Origin: an uncultured Actinomyces sp.
GTDB taxonomy: Bacteria; Actinomycetota; Actinomycetes; Actinomycetales; Actinomycetaceae
Length of the DNA: 64,000 nucleotides
Direction: 5' to 3'
NCBI GenBank assembly: GCA_946998115.1
Contig: CAMPYB010000001.1
Location: forward strand, 12,648-76,647
The position numbers and the translations under genes were made by a program. Shown here one piece after another: positions 44,350-55,071 of this stretch; the first letter of the stretch is position 1, and each line of letters begins with the position of its first letter. The notes below the pieces were generated by a model. It was given only the letters and a program-made list of their open reading frames with translations, made no database searches and was not told the origin of the DNA.

Positions 44350-46449
44350 TTATTTCATTAAAATTTTATCTATTTTTTTCTTAAAAATAGGATATAATGA
44401 CTCAGTAAAAGTGCGGTTCAAATGGTTTCTATCGAAATAAACTGGCACTTGCCCAACTGATACTTTACATACTTTTTTATCACACATATAATCAGTGAAA
44501 TCTATAACATGTATTCTTGGATCATTCAACTTTTTAGTTGCATGTATAATTGGATCATCGTCTATTACATCAGAACGATTCACAGCACATTTCATAGGAT
44601 CATCACTATTTTGAGTCAAACAAATCTGTGGATTATTTATTTTAGCAACATTTGGAACATCTGCAATATTTATCAATACAGCACCATTATTCACCCATTG
44701 TTTCCAATATATTGGCAAGTCTTCAACATACTCATCGTGAATACTTTTATTATTTTTTGTTACAATAGGCTCACTCCTGGAGTAACTTGAATAGAAAATA
44801 ATATCAGGCTTTTCTTTCATTATATAATCGTGTATCTTAAGCGTATTATTTGCGCAATCTTTTACCCAAATCTCATTCAAATTGGAAAATTTTACTTTAG
44901 CAATCGGGCATCCTCCTTGCATAACAGCTTCAACGTCCCAATTGTTATTTTTAGCATATGTATAAATCAATCTTTGCCATTGTTCAACATGCGAATCTCC
45001 AATTATAAAAACTTTTTTACCACTATTCTTTTTAGAATAATTACAATGAGAATATACACTCGCAAAATTTAATTTTCCACTCCCAGGCTTACAATCATCA
45101 GGTAAAGCATAATACGCATTCATTTTCTCAATCATCGATGAAGAAATTGGTGCAGCATTTTGATTAGTACACTTAGGATTATCAACGCTCAAAGCACCAA
45201 AACATTTATCTTTAGTAAATAAATTAACTTGTTTTTCTTTTTCTTCCTGCACATACTTACTATTTTTATAAACAGTAAAACCTGATACAGCAATTAATCC
45301 CATTACGCAAGCCATTGATACGAAACTTGTAAAAGATGAACGAGACAAAAATTTTGAACGAATTCCCTTATCTTCAACGAAAAATTTAGATAAACAAGAT
45401 AAAAAGTAAGTAATAAATATTAAAATTATTTTATGTTTGTAAGTTACATCAAATAAATAAAAACTAAATATTATCAAAGGCCAATGCCACAAATATAACG
45501 AATAAGAAATATCACCAGTAAGCCTTACAATTGGCAAATCAGTCAAATTATGAATAAAACGAACAGGTTTAGCAACGCCAGAAATAATTACAATCGCTGT
45601 TCCAAGAACTGGAAACAAAGCAAGAAATCCCGGGAAAATACTATCCGGTTTAAGCAATATTGCGCTAATACCTATCAGAATCCAACCAGTTAATGCTACA
45701 GGTAAACTATTAACAAATTTAATTTTCGCAATAGAACTTGCTGTAACAGCTACAAGTGCGCCAATAGTAAATTCCCAGAAACGCACTGGTGTAAAGAAAT
45801 AGCTCTGAGCGAGGTTAGTATATGTAAGATATACGCAATAGGCAAAAGACCCTAAACCGAATAACCCTACGCAAGTTGGGAAAAGAGCTTTGCTATTGAA
45901 TTTTTTAGCTAAATAATAGAACAGCATGAGCAAAAGTGGCCATAACAAGTAAAATTGTTCTTCCACTGACAAAGACCAATAATGCTGAGCAACAGTTGCG
46001 CTTTGATTTGAAGCATGATAGTCAACAGACATGCTATATAAGTAAAGATTTTGCACATAAAAAGCTGAAAAAACAAGCTCTTTAACATTCCTCGCCCACT
46101 GATCAAAAGGCATTATTAGCCATACAAAAAACATGGAGAATAAAATAACTAAGAAAGCAACAGGTAGCAAACGCCGTACACGTTTAGCATAAAATTTTAC
46201 TAAATAGACTCTGCCATTATTTCTATTTAATTCTCTAAACAAGTGAGATGTGATAAGGAAACCCGATATGACAAAGAAAACATCTACACCAACATATCCG
46301 CCAGTCAAACGCTTGGGCCACATGTGATTTAAAATAACCAACCCTACTGCAAGTGCACGTAAAGCCTGAATATCCCCACGTAAAACACGTCCAGAAGCAT
46401 TGACTTTATCTATTTTAAAAATCCCCATCAATTTTTTATAAAAAGTCAT
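44350..46449 (-). CDS. Acyltransferase family 3 fused to an SGNH domain (OatA/OafA-like O-acetyltransferase)
   Basis: RGDIQALRALAV, GVDVFFVISGFLI, HYWSLSVEEQFY, GDISYSLYLWHWP; SGNH motifs GDSH and DRNH (DxxH). Confidence 0.92.
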   Translation of the reverse strand: MTFYKKLMGIFKIDKVNASGRVLRGDIQALRALAVGLVILNHMWPKRLTGGYVGVDVFFVISGFLITSHLFRELNRNNGRVYLVKFYAKRVRRLLPVAFLVILFSMFFVWLIMPFDQWARNVKELVFSAFYVQNLYLYSMSVDYHASNQSATVAQHYWSLSVEEQFYLLWPLLLMLFYYLAKKFNSKALFPTCVGLFGLGSFAYCVYLTYTNLAQSYFFTPVRFWEFTIGALVAVTASSIAKIKFVNSLPVALTGWILIGISAILLKPDSIFPGFLALFPVLGTAIVIISGVAKPVRFIHNLTDLPIVRLTGDISYSLYLWHWPLIIFSFYLFDVTYKHKIILIFITYFLSCLSKFFVEDKGIRSKFLSRSSFTSFVSMACVMGLIAVSGFTVYKNSKYVQEEKEKQVNLFTKDKCFGALSVDNPKCTNQNAAPISSSMIEKMNAYYALPDDCKPGSGKLNFASVYSHCNYSKKNSGKKVFIIGDSHVEQWQRLIYTYAKNNNWDVEAVMQGGCPIAKVKFSNLNEIWVKDCANNTLKIHDYIMKEKPDIIFYSSYSRSEPIVTKNNKSIHDEYVEDLPIYWKQWVNNGAVLINIADVPNVAKINNPQICLTQNSDDPMKCAVNRSDVIDDDPIIHATKKLNDPRIHVIDFTDYMCDKKVCKVSVGQVPVYFDRNHLNRTFTESLYPIFKKKIDKILMK

Positions 46450-46665
46450 GAAACTATGCCATTCTAGTTATAATAATAAAAAACTATTCATTACGCCATA
46501 CAAATAGAACATGTTACCATATTTTTACTTTATATAGAAATATATTATAATGTTTTATTCTATTATTAACAATATTTACAGATTATCCACAAAGTACAAT
46601 TTTCGTTTTTTGTATTTCCATAACTATTTATAATATAATTAACAGTCGCAATTATTATTCGCAAT

Positions 46666-46738
46666 GCCTTGTTAGCTCAGCGGATAGAGCGTTCGCCTCC
46701 GGAGCGAAAGGTCGCAGGTTCAAATCCTGTACAGGGCA
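46666..46738 (+). tRNA. tRNA-Arg(CCG), CCA not encoded
   Basis: GCCTTGTTAGCTCAGCGGATAGAGCGTTCGCCTCCGGAGCGAAAGGTCGCAGGTTCAAATCCTGTACAGGGCA; anticodon CCG. Confidence 0.95.
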
Positions 46739-46769
46739 CTTTATATCTTATAATATTTTAGATTTATTT

Positions 46770-48878
46770 TTAGTTATTTTTAAAACTCAAATTTCGTAAG
46801 CTATTTTCAACCATTTTTAAATTATTTGTCTGCCAAAAATCTGGCAAACAGTCACGTAATATACTTCCATATTTTGAATTTATTATACGAGAATCCAAAA
46901 TAGCTACAACTCCTTTATCTTCAGTCGTTCTTATCAAACGTCCTGCACCTTGAGCAAGTAATAAACTCGCTTGTGGCAAAGCGACACTCATAAAAGGATT
47001 CTCATTATTTTTTGAAGCAATATCACAATATGCTTCATAAAAAGGATCATTTGGACGCGCAAAAGGTATTCTATCTATCACGAGCAACCTCAAGGATTGC
47101 CCAGCCACATCAACACCTTGCCATAAAGACAATGTGCCGAAAAGACAAGAATTAATATTTTCTTTAAAATTATTAATCAAATTAGGCAAATGACCTTCAC
47201 CTTGCAAAAATATTTCCAAATCAGTATTATCGCGAATATATTCACATGCTAATTGCGCATTTTTTGTCGAAGAAAACAAGCATAGCGCACCGCCACTGCT
47301 AGATTCCAATAATTCTTTTAACCGTAATAAAGATTGAGTGCTGATATTACCGTTTCCAGCTGGTGAAGGCAAATCTGCGCACATATACAATATTCCTTGC
47401 TTTCTATAGTCAAATGGCGAATTTACATGTGCAACATCACAATAATTATTTAGACCTAAAGTGTTTACAATTTTTTTAAAAGATTTTCTAAAAGTCAAAG
47501 TAGCTGAAGTAAAAATAGAAGTTTTATCTTTTAACAATATTTCATATATTTTTTTCGACACGTTAAGCGGAGCCATATTTATATTTATATTCTTATCTGA
47601 ATTATCATCACTTTTAGTCGCCCATATAACACTATATTCATTGAATCCTAATAAATTTTCCAAAGCAACATTAATATCTTGTAAAAAAAGTTTAACAGTA
47701 TTTATTTTTTCAACCATTTTTATATTTTTATTGTTATCTTTTTCTACAGCATAAACTTTATTTGAAATATTTGACAAACACCTTTTTATTTTCTCTAAAA
47801 CTTGATAAATCTCATCTGATAGTCCTCTTTTCATCCACCCTTGTTGAATTGTTGGTAATAATTCATTAAAATTTTCTATTTCATTTTCTAATTTTTCATC
47901 AACTATAGAAATAGCTAATAATTTTTGTAACAAATTTTTAAATTTACCAGCATTTATTGTAACTGTTGCTTGCGAAATAACTCTTTTTTCAAGTTCATGA
48001 GCTTCATCTACCACTAAAATATCGTAGTCTGGCAATATTTGTGTTTTTCCAACAGTTTCTATACCTAAAATTGAATGATTAGTTATAATTACATCTGCTT
48101 CATCAGCTTTTTCTCTAGCTGTTTTAGGGAAACACTTGCTATAAAATGGGCATTTTTCTGATAAACATTGCGTTGGATTTATACTCACCATATCCCACGC
48201 TTTTGATGAAATAGGAATTTTCAATTCATCTTTATCTCCCGTTTTAGTTTTTTTCGCCCATTGCCTAATCTGTACGATTTCTTCACCTAATTGTGAATTT
48301 TTCATATTTTTATTGCTATGAGTATTATTTTCTGAATTTTCAACATTTTTTTGATCAACAAAATTTTCTTTTTCGTCATTATCGTTATTTATTTTTTCAA
48401 AAATATTTATTTTAAATAATTCTTCTTGATCGTATAGCATAGAAGTATCATCTATAAAACCACCATTTAATTTATGAATACATAAATAGTTAGACCATCC
48501 TTTTAAAATTTCTACTTTTAATGCACTATTTTTATTAGCTTCATAAACTTTATGCACTATAGGAATATCTTTATTATAAATTTGATTTTGCAAAGCTAAC
48601 GTTGCTGTAGAAATAACTATTTTTTTATTTTTATAACCAACGTTATATATTGGTACTAAGTATGCAAGTGATTTGCCTGTGCCAGTCCCTGCTTCTACTA
48701 ATAAAGGTTTTTGTGTTCGTAAAGATTTATTTACAAGTAGCAACATTTCTTTCTGGCCTTCGCGAGCATATCCATTTATGGTTTCAAGACATTTTTCTAG
48801 CATTTCTTGCACATATTTATCATCAGAAAAAATAAATTTTTCATGATTAAAACTTAAGTTTTGTATTTTATCAACCAT
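46770..48878 (-). CDS. DinG/YoaA family ATP-dependent Fe-S helicase
   Basis: REGQ Q-motif, EAGTGTGKSLAYL, Fe-S cysteines (YLC; CLSEKCPFYSKC), VVDEAH, TSATL, WQGVD, QGAGRLIR. Confidence 0.92.
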   Translation of the reverse strand: MVDKIQNLSFNHEKFIFSDDKYVQEMLEKCLETINGYAREGQKEMLLLVNKSLRTQKPLLVEAGTGTGKSLAYLVPIYNVGYKNKKIVISTATLALQNQIYNKDIPIVHKVYEANKNSALKVEILKGWSNYLCIHKLNGGFIDDTSMLYDQEELFKINIFEKINNDNDEKENFVDQKNVENSENNTHSNKNMKNSQLGEEIVQIRQWAKKTKTGDKDELKIPISSKAWDMVSINPTQCLSEKCPFYSKCFPKTAREKADEADVIITNHSILGIETVGKTQILPDYDILVVDEAHELEKRVISQATVTINAGKFKNLLQKLLAISIVDEKLENEIENFNELLPTIQQGWMKRGLSDEIYQVLEKIKRCLSNISNKVYAVEKDNNKNIKMVEKINTVKLFLQDINVALENLLGFNEYSVIWATKSDDNSDKNININMAPLNVSKKIYEILLKDKTSIFTSATLTFRKSFKKIVNTLGLNNYCDVAHVNSPFDYRKQGILYMCADLPSPAGNGNISTQSLLRLKELLESSSGGALCLFSSTKNAQLACEYIRDNTDLEIFLQGEGHLPNLINNFKENINSCLFGTLSLWQGVDVAGQSLRLLVIDRIPFARPNDPFYEAYCDIASKNNENPFMSVALPQASLLLAQGAGRLIRTTEDKGVVAILDSRIINSKYGSILRDCLPDFWQTNNLKMVENSLRNLSFKNN

Positions 48879-49014
48879 AAGATAATTGCTTTCCAGGCAT
48901 TAATTTTTATGTAGAATTGCATAATATTTTTGAAAATTTTATATCATTTATTAATCTATCACATTTATTTCCTTTCATATTGTGTTATTTTCCATAATTG
49001 GTAGAATTACATAC

Positions 49015-49629
49015 GTGAATGACCATTATTTTTCAAACCAACCTAAAGTATCTTCAGATAGAAAGATAATCGAAGTACAGTTAGTGGGAAACACATATTC
49101 TTTGCTAACAGACAACGGTGTTTTTTCTACTTCTAAAATAGATTTAGGAACTAGTGTTCTTTTATCCAAAGCACCTTTACCACCCGAAAATGGACTATTT
49201 TTAGATGCTGGTTGCGGTTGGGGGCCAATTGCTTTATCTCTTGCATTGCATAGTCCGAATGCGAAAGTATTTGCAGTTGACATAAATGAACGTAGCGTAA
49301 ATCTTACTAAAGATAACGCACAACGTTTAAAAATAACTAATATAGATACTTTTTGCGCCGATGAAGCTTTAGAAATATTTAGAACTAAAAATATTAAATT
49401 TGATTTAATATGGTCAAATCCTCCGATTAGAATTGGTAAAAATCTTTTTCAAAATTTTTTGATTACTTATCTTAGCTTATTGAGCAATACTGGTGTTGCG
49501 TATCTTGTTATACAAAAGAATTTAGGTGCAGATTCGTGTATAAAATGGCTAAATTCTGAAGGATATTTGGCTCAAAAATTTGCTTCTCAAAAAGGTTATA
49601 GAATTGTAGAGGTTAAAAAGAAAAATTAA
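49015..49629 (+). CDS. Class I SAM-dependent methyltransferase (RsmC/MTS small-domain type)
   Basis: DHYFS, GVFS..KIDLGT, LDAGCGWG, SNPPIRIGK, KGYRI; GTG start 7 nt after TAGAAT. Confidence 0.9.
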   Translation: MNDHYFSNQPKVSSDRKIIEVQLVGNTYSLLTDNGVFSTSKIDLGTSVLLSKAPLPPENGLFLDAGCGWGPIALSLALHSPNAKVFAVDINERSVNLTKDNAQRLKITNIDTFCADEALEIFRTKNIKFDLIWSNPPIRIGKNLFQNFLITYLSLLSNTGVAYLVIQKNLGADSCIKWLNSEGYLAQKFASQKGYRIVEVKKKN

Positions 49630-49654
49630 TAAAAATAATTTTTATTTTTTAATT

Positions 49655-50599
49655 TCATATTTGAATATTTTTTTCATATAAGCTCACTGTTTCATCTACA
49701 ATTTCATCATATGAAATTTCGCATGTATTAAACCAATGTACTCTTTTATCTTTTCTGAACCATTTTATTTGTCGCCTAGATAGTTGCCTTGTAGCTATAA
49801 AAGTTTGTTCTATAGCTTGTTGCAAAGTTAATTCACCGTCAATATAAGCGATAGTTTGCGCATAACCTGTAGCTTTTGACGCAGTTTTAGCTTCTCTCAA
49901 CCCCATTTTTATAAGACCTAATGTTTCTTCCACTAAACCATTTTCAAACATTTGTTTTGATCTTAAATATAATTTTTCATCTAAGATTTCATTAGGCACT
50001 TTTATACCTATCTGTAATGCTGGTATTTCGTATTCATATTGTGGCATAGTAGCACTGTATGGTTTTCCTGATATTTCTATCACTTCGAGTGCTCTTACTA
50101 GTCTCCTTGTATTTTCTTTATTTATTTTTTCTGCAGCAAGCGAATCTTTTTCTTTTAGCAAATTATACAAAAAATCATTTCCTATGCTATTCGCCAATTG
50201 CTCATATTTTTGTCTAATATTATTATCTGTAGGTGGAAAATTTAGTTTATCTATTACTGATCTTATATATAGTCCAGATCCTCCAACTAGAATAGGTAAA
50301 TTTTTTCGTGCATATATTTCTTTTATTATCTTTCTTGCGCGTATTCTATATTCTGCTACGCTAGCTTCTTGCATTATTTCTAAACAATCAATCATATGGT
50401 GAGGAATATTTTGCATTTCTTCTGCAGAAATTTTTGCTGTACCTATATCCATTTTTTTGTATAGTTGCATAGCATCAGCACCTATTATTTCGCTACTAGT
50501 GAAATTTCGTGTTTTAATTTTTTTAGGTAAAACATTAGCCATTCGTGTACTTATGGCTGTTTTTCCGCTTCCTGTTGCCCCTACAATTACAAGTATCAT
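49655..50599 (-). CDS. miaA: tRNA dimethylallyltransferase
   Basis: GATGSGKT, DAMQLYKKMDIGTAK, VGGSGLY, RRLVRALEV, RRQIKWF. Confidence 0.95.
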   Translation of the reverse strand: MILVIVGATGSGKTAISTRMANVLPKKIKTRNFTSSEIIGADAMQLYKKMDIGTAKISAEEMQNIPHHMIDCLEIMQEASVAEYRIRARKIIKEIYARKNLPILVGGSGLYIRSVIDKLNFPPTDNNIRQKYEQLANSIGNDFLYNLLKEKDSLAAEKINKENTRRLVRALEVIEISGKPYSATMPQYEYEIPALQIGIKVPNEILDEKLYLRSKQMFENGLVEETLGLIKMGLREAKTASKATGYAQTIAYIDGELTLQQAIEQTFIATRQLSRRQIKWFRKDKRVHWFNTCEISYDEIVDETVSLYEKNIQI

Positions 50600-50646
50600 A
50601 ATATTTTTTCTGCTACTTTCTGCTTAAATGCTTTATCATTGATTAT

Positions 50647-51120
50647 ATGGAAGAAGGGCAATCAAGTAAACGTGTATATGCTATGTCTTTGCAAAGGCTA
50701 CAAGACAGCATGGAAAGATTACATTATTCTTATTTTACTAGCAAAAATGGTAGCTTATGCACTATATGGCATCCTTTTATAATTTATTTATACCCGCCTG
50801 AGGATAATTATCCTCTACAGGTTAGAAGCACTTGGTATAAGGCTGGCTGTGTTTCGCATGCCAAAGATTTTAAACACATTTCGCAAATAATAAACATTAA
50901 TAGTATTGAAGCTAAAACTTTTGTAACTACTGATGATAATGGAATAAGTAATTTTAAAGCAGAAGTAGTTTTAAACACAATTGCTGGCGTATCCGATTTA
51001 CAATTAGACAATTTCATTAAAAATGCTATAAATAGCATATTGAATATATTTACCATAGTCGAAAATCACTTTTCCGATCCTATGTATTCAGAAAGTGGAG
51101 ATACTGATAATGAATATTAA
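50647..51120 (+). CDS. YbjN-domain (T3SS-chaperone-like fold) protein
   Basis: 157 aa; GVSDLQLDNFI pattern; sits between miaA and miaB, where Actinomycetaceae carry YbjN-domain genes; leaderless start geometry. Confidence 0.55.
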   Translation: MEEGQSSKRVYAMSLQRLQDSMERLHYSYFTSKNGSLCTIWHPFIIYLYPPEDNYPLQVRSTWYKAGCVSHAKDFKHISQIININSIEAKTFVTTDDNGISNFKAEVVLNTIAGVSDLQLDNFIKNAINSILNIFTIVENHFSDPMYSESGDTDNEY

Positions 51121-52255
51121 TAAGAATCTCGATAATGCAAATAATTCTTCTGATGATAAGGAAAATGAAAATGGTTTGGAAAATGATTTTCCTTGTAAAG
51201 ATAAAAAATTGAATGAAAAAGAAATGAAAATGCCTTCCGAAAATAATGAAAAAGATAATTTTTTCTCAAATGACTTTCAAATAGATAATGCAAGTAATTA
51301 TACGTCAAGTGTTGAAATAGATTATACAGTACCTGCAGAATTCGATCATTGTGACGTATTTAATTTTTATGATTATCAAACAGAAGAACTATCCAATGAT
51401 AGTAGTACCATAGATGACATATTTTATACAGAAGAAATAGAATTATCAGATATCGATACTGACACGCAAAGTGAAATATATAAAAATGAACAAATAAATA
51501 CAAATGATAAATTTTATGATTTAGATGATACAAATGAAATAAATGAAAAAGATAAAAAATTAATAAATGATTTAGATTTCACCCCTCAAGATGTTACATA
51601 TACTCGTGAATTTCCTGCTGAAGATAACAAAATAAAAAATTTACATAAACAAGAAAAAAATTTAGATGACAGAATGGTCAAATTTGATAATTTTTATTTT
51701 TATCATTCAAAAGATAATATTTTTACTATACCAACTAAAGAATTTGAAAATTTCATAAATCAACAAATAGAAGACATTGATATGCCACTTGAAATTGATT
51801 ATTGGCATATTGCTAATATTATAGCTTTGCTACATGGTAAACAATCAACATGCATAGATAAACTTATGGAATGTGTTATCAATAACAGTTGCATCAGTTA
51901 TATTTTTGAGGATACTAGCAATAATGTTTTTCCTATGATATTTAATTTCAAAATTTACGACATTCCTGAAGAAAGTAAATATCTTTACGTATATAGTTAT
52001 AAAAATACAACTACAGACACTCCTGTAGATCATGATCAAATATTAGATTTAACAAATTCATGGAACACACGTTTCTTTACACCATCAGTTTATTGTAAAT
52101 CTATAAGCAAATTCAACTATAGTATAGAATCTAAATACTATATAGATTTGACAAAAGGATGCACAATCTCACAATTGTTCACTTGGATAGAATCTGCTAT
52201 AAATACGTCTATAGATGCTCAAAAAGAAATAAATAGTTCATACATGGAATTTTAG
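51110..52255 (+). CDS. Protein with a long acidic low-complexity N-terminus and a C-terminal YbjN-like domain
   Basis: D/E/N-rich first ~180 aa; C-terminal NSWNTRFFTPSVY...DLTKGCTISQLFTWI; RBS GGAG; overlaps the upstream gene's end. Confidence 0.55.
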   Translation: MNINKNLDNANNSSDDKENENGLENDFPCKDKKLNEKEMKMPSENNEKDNFFSNDFQIDNASNYTSSVEIDYTVPAEFDHCDVFNFYDYQTEELSNDSSTIDDIFYTEEIELSDIDTDTQSEIYKNEQINTNDKFYDLDDTNEINEKDKKLINDLDFTPQDVTYTREFPAEDNKIKNLHKQEKNLDDRMVKFDNFYFYHSKDNIFTIPTKEFENFINQQIEDIDMPLEIDYWHIANIIALLHGKQSTCIDKLMECVINNSCISYIFEDTSNNVFPMIFNFKIYDIPEESKYLYVYSYKNTTTDTPVDHDQILDLTNSWNTRFFTPSVYCKSISKFNYSIESKYYIDLTKGCTISQLFTWIESAINTSIDAQKEINSSYMEF

Positions 52256-52327
52256 TTTCGCATGATTATTTAATAAGCAGAAAACTATTTATTTGCACAA
52301 TTAACGCAGTAAACTGTCTAATTAAAT

Positions 52328-53848
52328 TTACACTCTACCAACGCGTATAGTAGGTATACCCAAAGAGACAATATTACTTTTTGATTCCTTTTCAAGGTTT
52401 TGTGATTTTTCCCAAACATCACCTGCACGTGTTTTTCTCACATCAAATAAACCATTATTTATAGCCGAATCTGCAATTAAATAATGCGGAGCCGCTTGAG
52501 TAACTTTTACTTTTACCATATCTCCGGGACGTGGCACGTTTTCAATATTTTCAGGCAAAGTAAAATGCACTAGACGATTATCAGCAGCGCGACCTGATAG
52601 ACGATGACGCTTCTCATCTTTTCTACCTTCTCCTTCTGCAATCAAAACTTCTACTTCTTTGCCGACTAATTTCAAATTTTCTTCATAAGATATTTCTTTT
52701 TGACGTTTGAGCAATCTATTATATCTTTCAGAAATAATATCTGGATCAACTTGATTTTCCATATCAGCAGCTGGAGTACCAGGTCGTGGAGAATAAATAA
52801 ATGTATATGCAGAAGCAAATCTAGCTTCTTCAATCAAATCCATCGTCTGCTGAAAATCACTATCTGTTTCACCAGGAAAACCAACAATAATATCCGTAGT
52901 AATATTAGCTTCAGGTATGCGATCCCTAACTTTTGCTAAGATATTCAAAAATTTATCTCTACGATAAGACCTACGCATAGCTTTCAACACATTATTAGAG
53001 CCTGATTGTAATGGCATATGTAAATTAGGCATAACTGTAGGAGTCGTAGCCATCGCATCTATAACATCATCAGAAAAAGCAGCAGGATGCGGAGACGTGA
53101 AACGCAAACGTTCTAATCCTTCAATTCTACCAACGCTTGAAAGTAACTTTGCAAAAGCACCTCTCTGACCAAAACTTACACCATAAGAATTCACGTTTTG
53201 GCCTAAAAGTGTAACTTCAATAGCACCTTGAGAAAGAACAGCCTCGACTTCAGCCATGATATCACCTGGTCGTCTATCCCTTTCTTTGCCTCTTAAATGA
53301 GGAACTATGCAAAAAGTGCAAGTATTATTACATCCAACAGATATAGACACCCAAGCTGCATATACAGATTCTCTTTTTGTAGGCAATGTAGAAGGAAAAA
53401 CTTTCAAAGACTCTTCTATTTCAACAGCTGCTTGATTATTGTGTTCAGCGCGTTTTAATAATGCAGGTAAAACATCAATATTATGAGTCCCAAAAACAGC
53501 ATCAACACACGGAGCTCTATCTATTATTCCTTGCCTCATCTGTTGAGCCAAACAACCGCCTACAGCTATTTGCATGCCTGGTCGGTTTTGTTTTACAGAA
53601 GCAAGCTGACCAAGATGTCCAAAAAGTTTATTAGCAGCATTTTCCCTCACTGAGCAGGTATTCAAAACTACAACATCAGCTCCTCTATCACCTGCAACAG
53701 TCGCCCTTTTTAATGCTTCAGGAACTTTATCAACACTTACTAAACCTGACTGTTCTAACAAACCAGCTATACGCTCTGAATCATGAACATTCATCTTGCA
53801 ACCCAAAGTCACAATATTATATGTACGTGGTATATTTTGAACAGTCAT
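52328..53848 (-). CDS. miaB: tRNA-2-methylthio-N6-dimethylallyladenosine synthase
   Basis: [21 protein letters not shown], radical SAM motif [34 protein letters not shown] domain. Confidence 0.96.
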   Translation of the reverse strand: MTVQNIPRTYNIVTLGCKMNVHDSERIAGLLEQSGLVSVDKVPEALKRATVAGDRGADVVVLNTCSVRENAANKLFGHLGQLASVKQNRPGMQIAVGGCLAQQMRQGIIDRAPCVDAVFGTHNIDVLPALLKRAEHNNQAAVEIEESLKVFPSTLPTKRESVYAAWVSISVGCNNTCTFCIVPHLRGKERDRRPGDIMAEVEAVLSQGAIEVTLLGQNVNSYGVSFGQRGAFAKLLSSVGRIEGLERLRFTSPHPAAFSDDVIDAMATTPTVMPNLHMPLQSGSNNVLKAMRRSYRRDKFLNILAKVRDRIPEANITTDIIVGFPGETDSDFQQTMDLIEEARFASAYTFIYSPRPGTPAADMENQVDPDIISERYNRLLKRQKEISYEENLKLVGKEVEVLIAEGEGRKDEKRHRLSGRAADNRLVHFTLPENIENVPRPGDMVKVKVTQAAPHYLIADSAINNGLFDVRKTRAGDVWEKSQNLEKESKSNIVSLGIPTIRVGRV

Positions 53849-53873
53849 AACTAAATCCCTTCAATAGGCTTAC

Positions 53874-54398
53874 TTACTGACTTGATAATATACTTAATGT
53901 TTTATCTATACAAAATTCAACGGTTTTCAACCTAATTTCTTCTCTTTTCCCCGTCGCTTTAAGCAAAAAAGATGTTTCTTTATTCAAATATCTTAATCCG
54001 ACATACACTGTTCCGGCATCTTTGCCTTCGTAACTTCCAGGACCAGCAACACCAGTAGTTGAAATTGCTATATCTGTTTCCAACACTTCTTGTGCTCCTC
54101 TTGCCATTTTTAAAGCAACATCACTGCAAACTGTGCCTTTTTCAGATATAATACTTTTTTCAACTTTCAATATTTTAGTTTTTATTTCAGGACTATACGC
54201 AACAATACCTCCTTTAAAAACTGCAGACGCACCTTCAACATTAACTATCATAGATGCAAGCATTCCGCCTGTAAGAGATTCCGAAACACCTATTTGTAAA
54301 TTTTTCGCTTTTAACTTTTCTATTAGTAGCTTTATCTTTTTGTTTAAAATATCTTCTATAGATTTCATATTTTTCCTAAAGACAATACGATTTTCCAA
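53874..54398 (-). CDS. cinA: CinA C-terminal domain protein (NMN deamidase PncC-like)
   Basis: SESLTGG, GASAVFKGGIVAYS, STTGVAGP, GTVYVG. Confidence 0.9.
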   Translation of the reverse strand: MENRIVFRKNMKSIEDILNKKIKLLIEKLKAKNLQIGVSESLTGGMLASMIVNVEGASAVFKGGIVAYSPEIKTKILKVEKSIISEKGTVCSDVALKMARGAQEVLETDIAISTTGVAGPGSYEGKDAGTVYVGLRYLNKETSFLLKATGKREEIRLKTVEFCIDKTLSILSSQ

Positions 54399-54400
54399 TT

Positions 54401-54973
54401 TTAATCATTCTCATTCAATAATGAATAAGTTATCTCACAAATAACATCATAATTAAATCCTTTATTCGCAAGAATTGAATACAATTTTTGCTTTTGTTTA
54501 TAATAATCCAGTTTTTTATATGATAAGAGTTTTTTTAATGCCACTTTTCGCGCTATATCTAACTGCATTGTATAATCATATTCACATAATATTTCAGATA
54601 TAATCTCATTAGATATACCTTTTTCATATAAAGACTGTTTTATTCTTCTAGGTCCAAAATTTTTATTATAAACAGCTTGTTCAAAATAATCTTTAGCATA
54701 TTGCACATCGTCTATTAATCCTAATTTTTCTAACTCATCTAAAACATCATCAGCCATCCGAGGATCTGCACCATAAGCACAAAGAGAATTAAATAGTTGA
54801 GCACGTGTTCTTCCACATGCATTTAAAATATTTAGAGCTTTCGCATACAAATCGTCAATCTGTAATTTTTTAGTACTCTTTTTAATTTTAGTAAATGTTT
54901 TATATCTTATCTTATTAGTTTTAGTAACGTAATTATCTATATTTTCATCACTGCTACTAATATTTTCACACAT
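54401..54973 (-). CDS. recX: Regulatory protein RecX
   Basis: RTRAQL, LGLIDDVQYA, GPRRIKQSLYEKGI, LANKGF; directly after recA. Confidence 0.88.
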   Translation of the reverse strand: MCENISSSDENIDNYVTKTNKIRYKTFTKIKKSTKKLQIDDLYAKALNILNACGRTRAQLFNSLCAYGADPRMADDVLDELEKLGLIDDVQYAKDYFEQAVYNKNFGPRRIKQSLYEKGISNEIISEILCEYDYTMQLDIARKVALKKLLSYKKLDYYKQKQKLYSILANKGFNYDVICEITYSLLNEND

Positions 54974-55037
54974 AACTTCACAAAACCTTGTTATTTAACA
55001 CTAAATTTGAATTAACAAACATAATTATAATTACTAT

Positions 55038-55065
55038 TGGGGCAACATATTTTCATGCTACCCCA
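55038..55065 (-). terminator. Hairpin between recA and recX
   Basis: Minus strand TGGGGTAGCAT-GAAAAT-ATGTTGCCCCA. Confidence 0.55.
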
Positions 55066-55071
55066 TAATAA

